From NCBI GenBank assembly GCA_942490825.1, contig CALNYG010000004.1, positions 116,888 to 180,887 on the forward strand: 64,000 nt of DNA. The letters run 5' to 3'. A program made the translations under genes and the position numbers. Of this stretch, positions 27,918 through 37,593 are shown piece after piece. Each line of letters begins with the position of its first letter. Position 1 is the first letter of the stretch. The stretch is from Candidatus Moraniibacteriota bacterium (GTDB lineage Bacteria; Patescibacteriota; Minisyncoccia; Moranbacterales; GCA-2747515). Below the pieces are notes generated by a model. That model saw only the letters and a list, made by a program, of their open reading frames with translations, had not been told where the DNA came from and made no database searches.

Positions 27918-28817
27918 TTAATTATTCTCTTTTAAGTCATTAAAATGACTTCTAATCTGCTCTCCAAAATTATCACTATGATTATCCACCTGACTATTAT
28001 CAATTACATTTTTCTTTTTAAACTCTTCAAAAGTTAAATTATTTTTAGGAAAAACGCCAATTTCATAAAGAACTTCATCAAAAAAACCTGGCAAAATCGT
28101 TTTGTAAGTAATAGGAAATTCTAAAATAGAGATTTCTTCAACTCTTCGAGTAATCGTATTAATACAACTATTAAATAATGTATTATAAAAAGTTGGATTA
28201 TCATAAACATTATTAATATCTTCTGCCAACAATTTAAAAAGTTCTTGGGATTTCTCTGGTGTAGCAATAGTTGGATATAAGTAGACCCGCTCACCCCTGC
28301 CATCTTCTCGAACATTTGTTCTAACGCCAATTAAATCTTCCTCCGTCGCCACCACATAAATAATTTCAAATTTTCTAAACAAACCCTTAATTGGCTCGAA
28401 TTCTTCAAAATCTTCTCTTCGAGTTTCCACTGAAATTGCTATGTTTTCATTGTCTTCAAATCGAAAAGTTAAAAAAATATGTGCCATCCCTTCAAAATCA
28501 GAAAAATGTGAAATAACCACATCAACACCATCTAGCTTATTTAAATCAAAAGTTTTTTCAATATAATTTACTTCAGTCCCCTCTTTTTGCCAATCGAAAT
28601 CTCGCAAATTTTTCACTGTAATTAAATTATCATCAATTTCTATCTTTGGTAATTTTTCTTGTCCTAACTCCCAGTCTCGGTCATGACTTGGTTTTTTTGA
28701 TAAAACTACTGCAGAAAAAATAATTAAAACCAACAAAATAACATACACAAAAATTCTTTTCTTTGTCATATCTTGCACCTTCTCTTTAAAATTTTGAACT
28801 AACTTTTGCATATTCAT
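27918..28817 (-). CDS. DUF4105 (Lnb N-terminal periplasmic domain-like) protein
   Basis: N-terminal TM helix, then SHDRDWELGQ, ISVETRRE, FEIIYVVATEEDLIGVRTN and YNTLFNSCINTI, as I recall the family pattern. Confidence 0.55.
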   Translation of the reverse strand: MNMQKLVQNFKEKVQDMTKKRIFVYVILLVLIIFSAVVLSKKPSHDRDWELGQEKLPKIEIDDNLITVKNLRDFDWQKEGTEVNYIEKTFDLNKLDGVDVVISHFSDFEGMAHIFLTFRFEDNENIAISVETRREDFEEFEPIKGLFRKFEIIYVVATEEDLIGVRTNVREDGRGERVYLYPTIATPEKSQELFKLLAEDINNVYDNPTFYNTLFNSCINTITRRVEEISILEFPITYKTILPGFFDEVLYEIGVFPKNNLTFEEFKKKNVIDNSQVDNHSDNFGEQIRSHFNDLKENN

Positions 28818-28867
28818 TTTAATTAATTTTAAAAACTTAAAAATATATTTAAATTAAGATTATTCTT

Positions 28868-28888
28868 GTGCTCGCCGCACGGGCTTTT
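28868..28888 (+). repeat. GC-box repeat copy 3
   Basis: GTGCTCGCCGCACGGGCTTTT. Confidence 0.9.
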
Positions 28889-28903
28889 CGCCACTTATCG
28901 CAC

Positions 28904-28982
28904 ATGTCATGCTGGAAGATATAATTTGTCCTCGACATTAAAAATATACGGGGTTACAAATTAATCTATTCAGTGTCTACAC
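28904..28982. repeat. degenerate copy of the ATGTCATT hairpin module
   Basis: ATGTCATGCTGGAAGATATAATTTGT...ACAAATTAATCTATTCAGTGTCTACAC aligns to the module at 33077-33164, but the CCGG arms are mutated. Confidence 0.6.
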
Positions 28983-29178
28983 TTTAAGCTTAAGAAAAAA
29001 TTTAAAGTATAATTTTCTTCTGATATCCTAAATAAATTTTTTCAAAATTTTTCAAGATAACATTAGTGACAAATTTACAAAAATTTTCGCTGGAATTAGT
29101 GTGTCGAAGACCACTGATTACGAAACGTTTCTAAATCTTAATAAGTCAACGCCTCAATAAATTCATTAAAATTACATT

Positions 29179-29931
29179 TTATAAACCTTCAGTCACCTCT
29201 CGATACTTACAAAAATCACAATCATCATCGCCCTCAGGAATTTCATCACTCATCAAGCAATCTTTAATATCAACTAAAGTTTTTTCAATCCATTCATCAT
29301 TTCCCTTATACGGAATCAAATCAACATCAAACTCTAATTTACTATCAAACGCCCGTAAATCAGTCCTACCATTACAATAAACGAAATAACCAACATCATC
29401 AACTCGAAAATCATTTTTTCTCAACAACCACTGATAAATTTCCATCTGTCTCTTATACACAATCTGCCAAGGTGAATGAATATCAACTTGTCCGTCTTTT
29501 GATGTAGCTTTGTAATCAACCACAATTAATTCTTCTGTTTTTTGATTGATCCACACATCATCTACTGCACCAGAAATAATTAAATTTGTCGGCTCATGAT
29601 GAAATGTTATTCCTTTGAAATTTTCTCTCCACTCATCTATTTTACCACACTGAAACGGCACAATACTTTCTAAACCATAATTTTCCATCAAAGGATGACT
29701 TTCGTTTTCTGCCCGATGAATATCAAATTCTTTTTTCAATAAAGTATCAACTGCTAAATTTAGATTAAATGGAAAACTGGGTGGCTGTGCAATTCCTAAT
29801 CGCCTGTCTAAATAAAAGCATTTTGGACATTTTAAAAAGTTCTCAATTTTTGATCGAGAAAGCTTAAATGGTTTTTCGCTTTTCGGATTGAATATGTTCC
29901 GAGTTCTTTTTGGATTATATTTTTTGAACAT
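29179..29931 (-). CDS. PD-(D/E)XK nuclease, Cas4/RecB-like, with putative Fe-S Cys ligands
   Basis: N-terminal CPKC, VVDYKATSK (D..K), QMEIYQWLL (QxxxY) and C-terminal CDFCKY. Confidence 0.65.
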   Translation of the reverse strand: MFKKYNPKRTRNIFNPKSEKPFKLSRSKIENFLKCPKCFYLDRRLGIAQPPSFPFNLNLAVDTLLKKEFDIHRAENESHPLMENYGLESIVPFQCGKIDEWRENFKGITFHHEPTNLIISGAVDDVWINQKTEELIVVDYKATSKDGQVDIHSPWQIVYKRQMEIYQWLLRKNDFRVDDVGYFVYCNGRTDLRAFDSKLEFDVDLIPYKGNDEWIEKTLVDIKDCLMSDEIPEGDDDCDFCKYREVTEGL

Positions 29932-29939
29932 TTTAATTT

Positions 29940-30386
29940 TTAATTTATCTTCTTTTCACAAAGAATATCCCAAAATTTATTTATATTAAAGCTAAATCTA
30001 TTTGATATCTTAATCAAAGCAAATAATTGATACACGAATTCTTTGCTTAATTTTTCTTTTAATCCAAATTCTAACTGATCATTAAATTTTCCTATCCCCT
30101 TTTTGCCCAAATCTTTTAATGTTGAATTTATCTGATTTTCCAATTTATGAGCAGTCACTTTTTTTCTAATAACGTAAGAATCTCTCAAATCTTCTAATCT
30201 TTTTTTTAATTGTCTAATTTTTTCACAATTAATTTTATTTATCTCTTCAGGAGCTAAGCTATCAAGAATAAAAAAACTATCCTTACCTTGGCTAATTTTA
30301 TCAATTCTTAATATCAACGAATAACATTTAGTACAATACCCTCTTCTAAATTTATAATCACCTCTTTCACAATTTTTACATTTCAT
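29940..30386 (-). CDS. hypothetical protein with an N-terminal zinc ribbon
   Basis: CKNC...CTKC. It lies 8 nt upstream of the nuclease gene on the same strand. Confidence 0.45.
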   Translation of the reverse strand: MKCKNCERGDYKFRRGYCTKCYSLILRIDKISQGKDSFFILDSLAPEEINKINCEKIRQLKKRLEDLRDSYVIRKKVTAHKLENQINSTLKDLGKKGIGKFNDQLEFGLKEKLSKEFVYQLFALIKISNRFSFNINKFWDILCEKKIN

Positions 30387-30599
30387 ATAAAAAATTTTTT
30401 CGATTTTACAATCTCATTCTAACATTTTTAAAATTCAAAATCTACTCAAATAATACCAAAACTAACTAACCGTCCAACACCGTTAAAATTAAACTTTATT
30501 TCTATAAAAGAAAAAAGTGAATAAGTAATTTGTTTAAAGTGTTGATAGGTTTATTAATAATGGTATAAAATCTGTCCCACCATTAGCTATTTAAAAAAA

Positions 30600-31745
30600 T
30601 TACTTACTATTTATCGAATTCAAAAAAATATCTACTGTATTATTCCAATCAAACTTCTGTAAATGTCTTGTTTTATTATTCATCAAAAGATATCGCATCC
30701 GATTATTATCTAAAATTTCTCGCAAAGCCAAATAAATCTCCTCCGACCGAAAACAATCAATCATGATTGAATGTCTACCTACGACTTCAGGCAATGACGA
30801 AGCATGTGAAACAATCGTTGGCACATCACAGGCAATCGCCTCCAAAGCTGGAAAACCAAAACCTTCGAAGAATGATGGATAAACAAATATCGATGAAAGT
30901 GTAATCAAAGCCTCTTTCTCATCCTGCGGAATATCATTTAAAATAATGATTTGATCTTTAAATTCAGAATTTTCAATAGCTTTATAAATTTTTTTTGCCT
31001 TCCAGCCACTTGCACCAGCAATCACTAAAGAATGTTTTTTTTCTGGGTTATGTTTTTTCAACAAATCAAAAGATTTAATTAAACTAACAATGTTTTTTCT
31101 CGGCTCAATTGTTCCAAAATATAAAATAAAATTAAACGGTAATTTATACTTTTCTTTGACTTCAAGTAATTTAACATTATTTCTTCCTAATTTTCCTTGA
31201 ACACTTGTTTTGCCACTCAAAGTTAATTTCATCTTTTTTGAATCAATATGATAAGTTTCTTTGATATCCTTTTTTGTAAACTCAGAAACTGCAAAAATCT
31301 TATCAGCTCTTTTGCATAATAATCGTGGATTAACTACAAAATGCCAAATTCTTCTTCGTAAAGAAAAAACTTCTTTGTAATGTTCAAATGATAAATCATG
31401 CATTGTTACAAATAGTTTTGTTTTTCGGCTAACTGCATAAAAATTAATATTTGGCATATAAAAAATATCTACTCCGCCACAAAGTTTATCTAATTTTGGA
31501 TAACGCAAAAACCACAATGAGAAGTTTAAAAGTTTATTTGGAATATTATATTGTTTGACTTTTACATTTTCATATTTTGTCGCCCACGAAAAATCAACTG
31601 GAACTTTTCGCCAACTATTAAAAAATAATATAAATTCATACTCTGAAGATCGCTGAAAAAGCGTTTCTAAAAAACACTTTGCAAATTCTTCAACTCCTGT
31701 ATTTTTACCCTGTGCGAATAATCTCGCATCAATTCCTATTTTCAT
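30600..31745 (-). CDS. glycosyltransferase family 4
   Basis: GT-B C-terminal motif FVYPSFFEGFGFPALEAIA (E-x7-E). Confidence 0.8.
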   Translation of the reverse strand: MKIGIDARLFAQGKNTGVEEFAKCFLETLFQRSSEYEFILFFNSWRKVPVDFSWATKYENVKVKQYNIPNKLLNFSLWFLRYPKLDKLCGGVDIFYMPNINFYAVSRKTKLFVTMHDLSFEHYKEVFSLRRRIWHFVVNPRLLCKRADKIFAVSEFTKKDIKETYHIDSKKMKLTLSGKTSVQGKLGRNNVKLLEVKEKYKLPFNFILYFGTIEPRKNIVSLIKSFDLLKKHNPEKKHSLVIAGASGWKAKKIYKAIENSEFKDQIIILNDIPQDEKEALITLSSIFVYPSFFEGFGFPALEAIACDVPTIVSHASSLPEVVGRHSIMIDCFRSEEIYLALREILDNNRMRYLLMNNKTRHLQKFDWNNTVDIFLNSINSK

Positions 31746-31754
31746 TTTTTAAGA

Positions 31755-32246
31755 TTAATCCATTAAGTCAATTAAGTAAGTAAAAAATTGAAATACAAAA
31801 TAATTCATAAAAAATAAGTAAAAAATTGATATCAGATATAATTTTAAACATATTTTTTTAGGAATAGTATTTAAAAATAAAAAACCTAAAAAAGTTGGTA
31901 ATCCAATCAAATATGACCAGCCAAATGTAAACTTATCAATATAATAAATATTAAACCTATCAAAGTTATTAATTAAAGAACTAACTACTAGCATTATAAA
32001 CATTGTCGTTATTGAAAAAACAAAAATAACCCAATAGTATTTTTTATTTATATTTAGTCTTTTTTGCAAAACCGTTAAAATAAAGTGATTTAAGAAAATT
32101 AACAAAAAAATTAAAACGTAGAAATTTAAATTCAAATAATCAACCCACAAATTAGCCATGAAACTCACTGTCATTATTTCAAAACCAAGAAAAACAAAAG
32201 GAAATATAAATGCCGAAACAAAACTAAATAAAATATTTTTTTTCAT
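31755..32246 (-). CDS. hypothetical polytopic membrane protein
   Basis: 163 aa with about 5 hydrophobic helices, inside the glycan gene cluster. Confidence 0.4.
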   Translation of the reverse strand: MKKNILFSFVSAFIFPFVFLGFEIMTVSFMANLWVDYLNLNFYVLIFLLIFLNHFILTVLQKRLNINKKYYWVIFVFSITTMFIMLVVSSLINNFDRFNIYYIDKFTFGWSYLIGLPTFLGFLFLNTIPKKICLKLYLISIFYLFFMNYFVFQFFTYLIDLMD

Positions 32247-32370
32247 AAAATTATCTTAAACAAATTAAAAAACAAACTCATTCAAAGCTTTTCAAAATTA
32301 TTTTTATTTTAAAAGTTTTATTTTTGTTTTTGAAAAATCTAACAATCTACAAATCTGCCTGTCTAAAAAT

Positions 32371-32991
32371 CTATTTCTCTTCATTCCAATAATGTCGAAA
32401 CATCACCACCACAAAACTAACGAATAACCCCATCATACCAGTCAATGCCAATAAAAACAACAAGCTCTTTTCTTTCAAGGTAACCACTGGCTCATCACCA
32501 ATAACCACAAACCAGCCATCCTGTTTTTGCTTTTCATTCAACTTTTCCGCTTCACCATTGATATTTTTCTTTAAATCATCAGAAATAATCTTAGCATCTT
32601 TCTCGTCTGAAATAGAAAAAGTCACGTCCACAACCTGAGAAGACATCCTTTTTACACTAAAAAAACTACTCAATTGTTTATCATCAAAAGTAAAAGCTGA
32701 ATTTTGCCCAAAATAATTCTCTAAAATATTTTTCACCACTCTTGGAGAACCTAACCATCGAACAACAGTATCCGCAAAACGCTCATCTGCCTGTAAACGA
32801 TAAAAATCGCCATAATTATATTCATCCAAATTAGATTCACTTCCCCGAGAAATATTCAAAGTAAGCGAGGCATTGTAAGTTTCAGGTTGTATAAAAAAAT
32901 AAGTCGCCCCACACAATACAAAAAACACAATAATTCCAAAAAATGTTTTTTTATATTCTATAAATATTTGTAAAAATTCTCTTAGTTCCAT
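32371..32991 (-). CDS. Wzz-like polysaccharide chain-length determinant (short form)
   Basis: N- and C-terminal TM helices flank a soluble domain, with an N-terminal ...IQPETYNASLTL pattern. The assignment is moderate. Confidence 0.4.
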   Translation of the reverse strand: MELREFLQIFIEYKKTFFGIIVFFVLCGATYFFIQPETYNASLTLNISRGSESNLDEYNYGDFYRLQADERFADTVVRWLGSPRVVKNILENYFGQNSAFTFDDKQLSSFFSVKRMSSQVVDVTFSISDEKDAKIISDDLKKNINGEAEKLNEKQKQDGWFVVIGDEPVVTLKEKSLLFLLALTGMMGLFVSFVVVMFRHYWNEEK

Positions 32992-33076
32992 AAAAATAGA
33001 TATTTAGATTATTAGACTTTTAGTGTTTTAATTTTTTTACTAACAAACCCATAAAAATTCGCATACGCTCCCAAAC

Positions 33077-33164
33077 ATGTCATTCCGGAAAATATATTTT
33101 CTTTTGTAGAAACGTCGATTTATCGCGTTTTATAGATAGAAAATAATTTATCCGGAATCTACAC
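33077..33164. repeat. ATGTCATT hairpin module (single)
   Basis: ATGTCATTCCGGAAAATATATTTTCT-[loop]-AGAAAATAATTTATCCGGAATCTACAC. Confidence 0.85.
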
Positions 33165-33205
33165 TTAAAATTTTCTCAAACTAAAAAAATATAGTTTCAA
33201 TAAAT

Positions 33206-33226
33206 AAAGTGCTCGCCGCACAGGCT
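33206..33226 (+). repeat. GC-box repeat copy 4
   Basis: AAAGTGCTCGCCGCACAGGCT. It carries a G>A change in the stem and lies 25 nt beyond the stop of the GT4 gene at 33251. Confidence 0.85.
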
Positions 33227-33250
33227 ATGATACATTAAACTAAAAAATTT

Positions 33251-34360
33251 CTAATTCTGTGCCCTCCTCTTAAATTCCTCAACTTCCCTCTCTACATATT
33301 CTTTAATCTTACCTTTAAAAATCTCCCTGTCAAATTTCAACGCAATTTCTCGATTATGTTGACTATCAAACTGGAAATTATCAAATTTCTTAATCGCACT
33401 AATTAGACTTTCAGAGCTTTGCTCGTCAAAAAATATACCCTCCTTGCCATCTTCAATATGCTCAACAATATCCCCTCCACGATAAGCAATGATCGGACGT
33501 CCCGCCGCCAAAGCCTCAATCGCCACAATCCCAAAATCCTCCTCCTGCGGAAAAATAAAAGCTTTACATTCCGCATAATATTTAGTCACTTCTTCATCAG
33601 AAAGTCTCCCTAAAAATTCAATATTCTTACCAGCTTTCTTTTTTAGTTTTTCTAACTCTGGGCCCTTACCTAAAATTTTCAAAGGCAATCCTAATTCATT
33701 AAAAGCGTCCACAACTATATCATGTCGTTTATATTTCATCAATCTTCCTACCATCAAAAAATAATCTTTCGTTTTTTCATACTTATTAAACCTCTTTACA
33801 TCTACTGAAGGATTTATTACTGGAACTTTATTTTTATAATATTTATTAATCCTTCGAGCTACAAATTTAGAATTGGCAATATAACGATCAACTCTATCAC
33901 TAGTCACGCCATCCCAAAGTCTAATATAATTCATAACAAAAGGGATAAACATTTTTATAAATTTTGGATAATAAAAATCATCTGTGTATTCTTGGCAATC
34001 ATCCCAGGCGTAACGCATTGGAGTATGTGTGTAGCAAATATGCAGAGTGTCTGGACCTGTAATAATTCCTTTTGCATAGCTAGATGAATCCGACAAAACA
34101 ACATCGTACATCGAAAAATCAAATTCTTCAATCGCCGCTGGCATCAATGGTGGAAGTGTTCGATGCCAATTTTTCGAAAAAGGTAATTTTTGCAAACTGG
34201 AAGTGTAAACTCTCCTATCAGCAAACGAATCACCCATTGCCTCTTTGCTGTAAATTAGAGTATAAATTGGTGCGTTAGGAAAAATTTCGCAAAAACACTG
34301 TAGGACTCGTTCTGCCCCACCGTGTTGCACTAAATAATCATGAACTAAAGCTATTTTCAT
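33251..34360 (-). CDS. glycosyltransferase family 4
   Basis: FPQEEDFGIVAIEALAAGRPIIA (E-x7-E); 369 aa. Confidence 0.8.
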   Translation of the reverse strand: MKIALVHDYLVQHGGAERVLQCFCEIFPNAPIYTLIYSKEAMGDSFADRRVYTSSLQKLPFSKNWHRTLPPLMPAAIEEFDFSMYDVVLSDSSSYAKGIITGPDTLHICYTHTPMRYAWDDCQEYTDDFYYPKFIKMFIPFVMNYIRLWDGVTSDRVDRYIANSKFVARRINKYYKNKVPVINPSVDVKRFNKYEKTKDYFLMVGRLMKYKRHDIVVDAFNELGLPLKILGKGPELEKLKKKAGKNIEFLGRLSDEEVTKYYAECKAFIFPQEEDFGIVAIEALAAGRPIIAYRGGDIVEHIEDGKEGIFFDEQSSESLISAIKKFDNFQFDSQHNREIALKFDREIFKGKIKEYVEREVEEFKRRAQN

Positions 34361-34370
34361 TTAAAAACTT

Positions 34371-34706
34371 CTAAGATTTTTTAATTTTAATCTCAACCAA
34401 TTCACCATCATCAAATCCTGTAAAAATATATTCAAATTTATAAAAAAATTCTATTAATTCATTATTATTCAAAACTTTATTCAAAGTTTTAATAGTTAAG
34501 TCAGAAAATTCTCGCCAACTTAATTCTGAAATTAATTTATCTTTAATTAATAAATATTTATCGCTTGGCACAAAGTCTTCATTGCAAGCCCAATCAGCAT
34601 TATCAATATCATATTCCCTTGAACCAATTATATACAATGAATAATATTTTTTAGAATTAGCAACGCTTTCAAATATTCCAAAATTAATTACCTTTATACT
34701 ATCCAA
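34371..34706 (-). CDS. hypothetical protein, start uncertain
   Basis: The ORF-track start is a TTG. The frame stays open for 36 more codons up to 34814 with no ATG, GTG or TTG, so the N-terminus is unresolved or the gene is truncated. Confidence 0.35.
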   Translation of the reverse strand: MDSIKVINFGIFESVANSKKYYSLYIIGSREYDIDNADWACNEDFVPSDKYLLIKDKLISELSWREFSDLTIKTLNKVLNNNELIEFFYKFEYIFTGFDDGELVEIKIKKS

Positions 34707-34840
34707 AATATTTTCTTTTTTAATAATTTTAGATATCCACTTTTCTAATTCTTTTTCAAAATTACATCCAAAACCAAGTATATTTTCAAAATTAAAGTCT
34801 AAAAATCTACGCCTCTAAAAATCTAGCGATCTAATTCTCA

Positions 34841-35179
34841 TTATTCCAAAAAGAAATCTACCAACCAAACTGTCGCACTAACAAAAAGTGATCCCAAAAG
34901 AGCAGCTATAAATCCATCTATTGTAACTCCATCTAAGAATCCTAACATCCAAAAAATCAAAGCATTAATTACAAAAGTAAACAAACCTAAAGTTAAAATA
35001 GTAATTGGAAAAGAAAAAAACGAAATAACAGGTTTAATGATCAAACTTAAAATTCCCAATAAAATCGCTGCAATTACCGCCGTTGGAAAAAAACTATCCA
35101 CACTAACACCTACACCATCAATTGAACTCAAGAGTAAAAAAACTCCAGCAACCGCAAACATTTTTATGATCAATTTCAT
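34841..35179 (-). CDS. Phage_holin_4_2 / YvlD-like small membrane protein
   Basis: 112 aa with 4 helices. The pattern ITILTLGLFTFVINALIFWMLGFL..DGF..ALLGSL is typical of that family as I recall it. Confidence 0.5.
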   Translation of the reverse strand: MKLIIKMFAVAGVFLLLSSIDGVGVSVDSFFPTAVIAAILLGILSLIIKPVISFFSFPITILTLGLFTFVINALIFWMLGFLDGVTIDGFIAALLGSLFVSATVWLVDFFLE

Positions 35180-35234
35180 ATTTTTTTTATTAATTATTAT
35201 TTAAATTATTTTAATTTACACAAGCTACCAAGAC

Positions 35235-35405
35235 ATGTCATTCCGGAAAATATATTTTCTTTTCGAACGAAGTGAGAAATTAGAAAATAATTTATCCGGA
35301 ATCTATACCTAAAATTTTTTATATCTTAAAGTGTAGATTCCGGATAAACTAATTTGTATTCAATCGCTATCGCTCTTGAACAAATTATGTCTTCCGGAAT
35401 GACAT
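35235..35405. repeat. 171-bp double-hairpin element with ATGTCATT / AATGACAT termini
   Basis: Left hairpin at 35235-35307 (ATTCCGGAAAATATATTTTCT...AGAAAATAATTTATCCGGAAT). Right hairpin at 35331-35405 (ATTCCGGATAAACTAATTTGT...ACAAATTATGTCTTCCGGAAT). The outer termini are inverted repeats. Confidence 0.9.
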
Positions 35406-35438
35406 AATGTAAAGCGAATTACAAACCATCAATCAATT

Positions 35439-36863
35439 CTAATTATTCATCCGATTCCTCAACAACGAAATCGGCGTCTTCAATATAATTATAACATCCA
35501 AATACAAAGACCAGTTTTCAATATAATAAACATCCAACCGATATTCATCCTCAAAATCCAAATCACTTCTCCCCGAAATCTGCGCCATACCAGTAATTCC
35601 AGGAGTAACCGTCAAAAGACGACGATGATATTCACGATATTTATTCACCTCCCTTTCCTGATGTGGTCGTGGCCCCACTAAACTCATATCACCTTTTAAA
35701 ACATTAAAAAACTGTGGAAATTCATCAATTGAAAACTTTTCTAAAATTTTACCAATCCGAGTTCGACGTGGATCATTAACAATCTTATAAATCGGACCCA
35801 CTCTTTGAGAACTGTTTTTGATCAATTCTTGTTCATATTTAATAGCATTTTCATAATTAGGATTTCTCTTGGTTGTGCACCACTTCCACTTAAAATAACG
35901 AAATTTATAAACAAAAATCTCTTCTCCATTTGCACCCACTCGAGCATTTTTAAAAATAATCGGACCTTCTGGATCCTCCAATTTAATAATGATAACAACT
36001 ATTAACATTATTGGACTCGTAAGAATAATCAAAGCAGTTGATCCAATAACATCAAAAATTCTTTTTGCAATTTTACCCCAACCATCTAACGGTGTATGAT
36101 TAATTTCAATAATAGGTTCGCCATTGAAAATATTCACATTAAATTGTGTTGCTTGCCGTAAAGATGGAATAAACTTATAGGTAATATTATTGATCTGACA
36201 GTAATCATAAAGTTTCAAAAGTAAATCATCTGGTACTGAAGACTCATGTACAATAATCTCGTCAATTCCGAATTTTTTCTTAGATTCTTTAATCTCTCGA
36301 ATATCTACATGATCCATAAAACCAACAACTCGATATCCCAATTGTGGCTTACTGATAATAGTTTCACGAACATTTTTTACTTTATTACCTAATCCAATAA
36401 CCAAAACTCGATGATAGCCAATACCTTTCAAAACTAAAAGTTTTCGCTGAATTATTTGCAAAAATAAACGCCCACACATCACAAAAGAAATTATCAACAT
36501 CCAAGCCATCACAATAATAAAACGAGAAGAAAACCACTCTCGTTGTAAAAAGAATCCTACCATTACTAAAACCAGAACTACAGTTGTCGCTTTAAAAACT
36601 AAATAACCCTCTTTAAAAAATTTACGAGTAGATCTAATATTATACAAGCCTTCAAAAGCATAGACCACCAAAAATAAAGGTGCAATCATGTATACAATAT
36701 ACATGAATTGCTCAAAAGAAAAATTGTAAAGTCCTTCCTTTTGAATTAAACTCTGGACTTGAGAAATATGCCTCAATTGATAAGCTAAAGCCGAACCCAA
36801 TAAAACCATCGATAAATCAACAAAAACCTGAATAATACTAAAAGTAAGTTCTGACTTTTTCAT
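35439..36863 (-). CDS. polyprenyl-phosphate sugar phosphotransferase (WbaP/bacterial sugar transferase family)
   Basis: KRIFDVIGSTALIILTSP, DEFPQFFNVLKGDMSLVGPRP and N-terminal TM helices. I prefer the ATG at 36863. Confidence 0.85.
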   Translation of the reverse strand: MKKSELTFSIIQVFVDLSMVLLGSALAYQLRHISQVQSLIQKEGLYNFSFEQFMYIVYMIAPLFLVVYAFEGLYNIRSTRKFFKEGYLVFKATTVVLVLVMVGFFLQREWFSSRFIIVMAWMLIISFVMCGRLFLQIIQRKLLVLKGIGYHRVLVIGLGNKVKNVRETIISKPQLGYRVVGFMDHVDIREIKESKKKFGIDEIIVHESSVPDDLLLKLYDYCQINNITYKFIPSLRQATQFNVNIFNGEPIIEINHTPLDGWGKIAKRIFDVIGSTALIILTSPIMLIVVIIIKLEDPEGPIIFKNARVGANGEEIFVYKFRYFKWKWCTTKRNPNYENAIKYEQELIKNSSQRVGPIYKIVNDPRRTRIGKILEKFSIDEFPQFFNVLKGDMSLVGPRPHQEREVNKYREYHRRLLTVTPGITGMAQISGRSDLDFEDEYRLDVYYIENWSLYLDVIIILKTPISLLRNRMNN

Positions 36864-36939
36864 AAAAAACTTTAACAAAATTATTTTTCCTATCTCTAAA
36901 ATACTAAAAATATATACCCCTCTAAATTTCACAGGCCAT

Positions 36940-37279
36940 CAAAAGATAATCTATAAGCTGGATTCTGTCGAGAATAGTGATTTACCTTGTTTATATGTTG
37001 CCATATAAATCCTCGCGACTCACCCCACACCCACAATTTAAATATAAATTATGGGTGTGGGGTACGGTCTTGCACTTAAGTAAGGATTTAGCCGTTTCAC
37101 CTTCCATGTTTCCACAGAAGCTTATCCCGAAGGATAGATCAGAGCTTTCGCGCCAATCCGTCTCTGCTCGCACCTCATGGGTCACCCCAGACGGGAGTTA
37201 CCCGCTACCTCGCTGTCTTCGTAAAAAAAAGACAAGTGTCCAGACTTTCCTCTCCGTAGAGCCACTATTTAATCATCTT
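36940..37279 (-). ncRNA. rnpB: RNase P RNA, bacterial type A
   Basis: The minus strand carries GGAGAGGAAAGTCTGGACAC (CR-I), GGAAGGTGAAACGGC and GACAGAATCCAGCTTAT (CR-V). P1 pairs AGAUGAUU with GAUUAUCU. The region is a local GC-rich island, and the ends are approximate. Confidence 0.85.
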
Positions 37280-37536
37280 TTAATGGACAATATTATTTAG
37301 AGTATTATTTTTAACTGTGGTTATTATACAATAAATTTAACGAAAAATAAAGGAAAAGTTGATTGACTTTTTAATCTCTCTATTGAGTTGAATACAATAT
37401 TTTAAAAGTTCAGATTTAATTTTAAAATTGAAAAAAAATATAAATCATTTAATTTATAAAAAATTTTCTATAAAATTTCTAGTCTACCAACTCTTTATTC
37501 TTATTAATGTTGCTGAAAAGCTGGTATTTAAAAAGT

Positions 37537-37568
37537 AAAAGGCAAGTCCACAACAGAAAATGCCTTTT
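37537..37568 (-). terminator. terminator-like hairpin after the sigma-r4/HARE-HTH gene
   Basis: AAAAGGCA / TGCCTTTT stem, 26 nt beyond the stop at 37594. Confidence 0.45.
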
Positions 37569-37593
37569 TAAAATTCTAAATTTATATAAAAAT

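Noticed and set aside
36977-37300. ORFs of 107 aa (+) and 64 aa (-) in the GC-rich island
   Set aside because: The region matches the conserved cores of RNase P RNA on the minus strand. The ORFs are by-products of the structured RNA gene.
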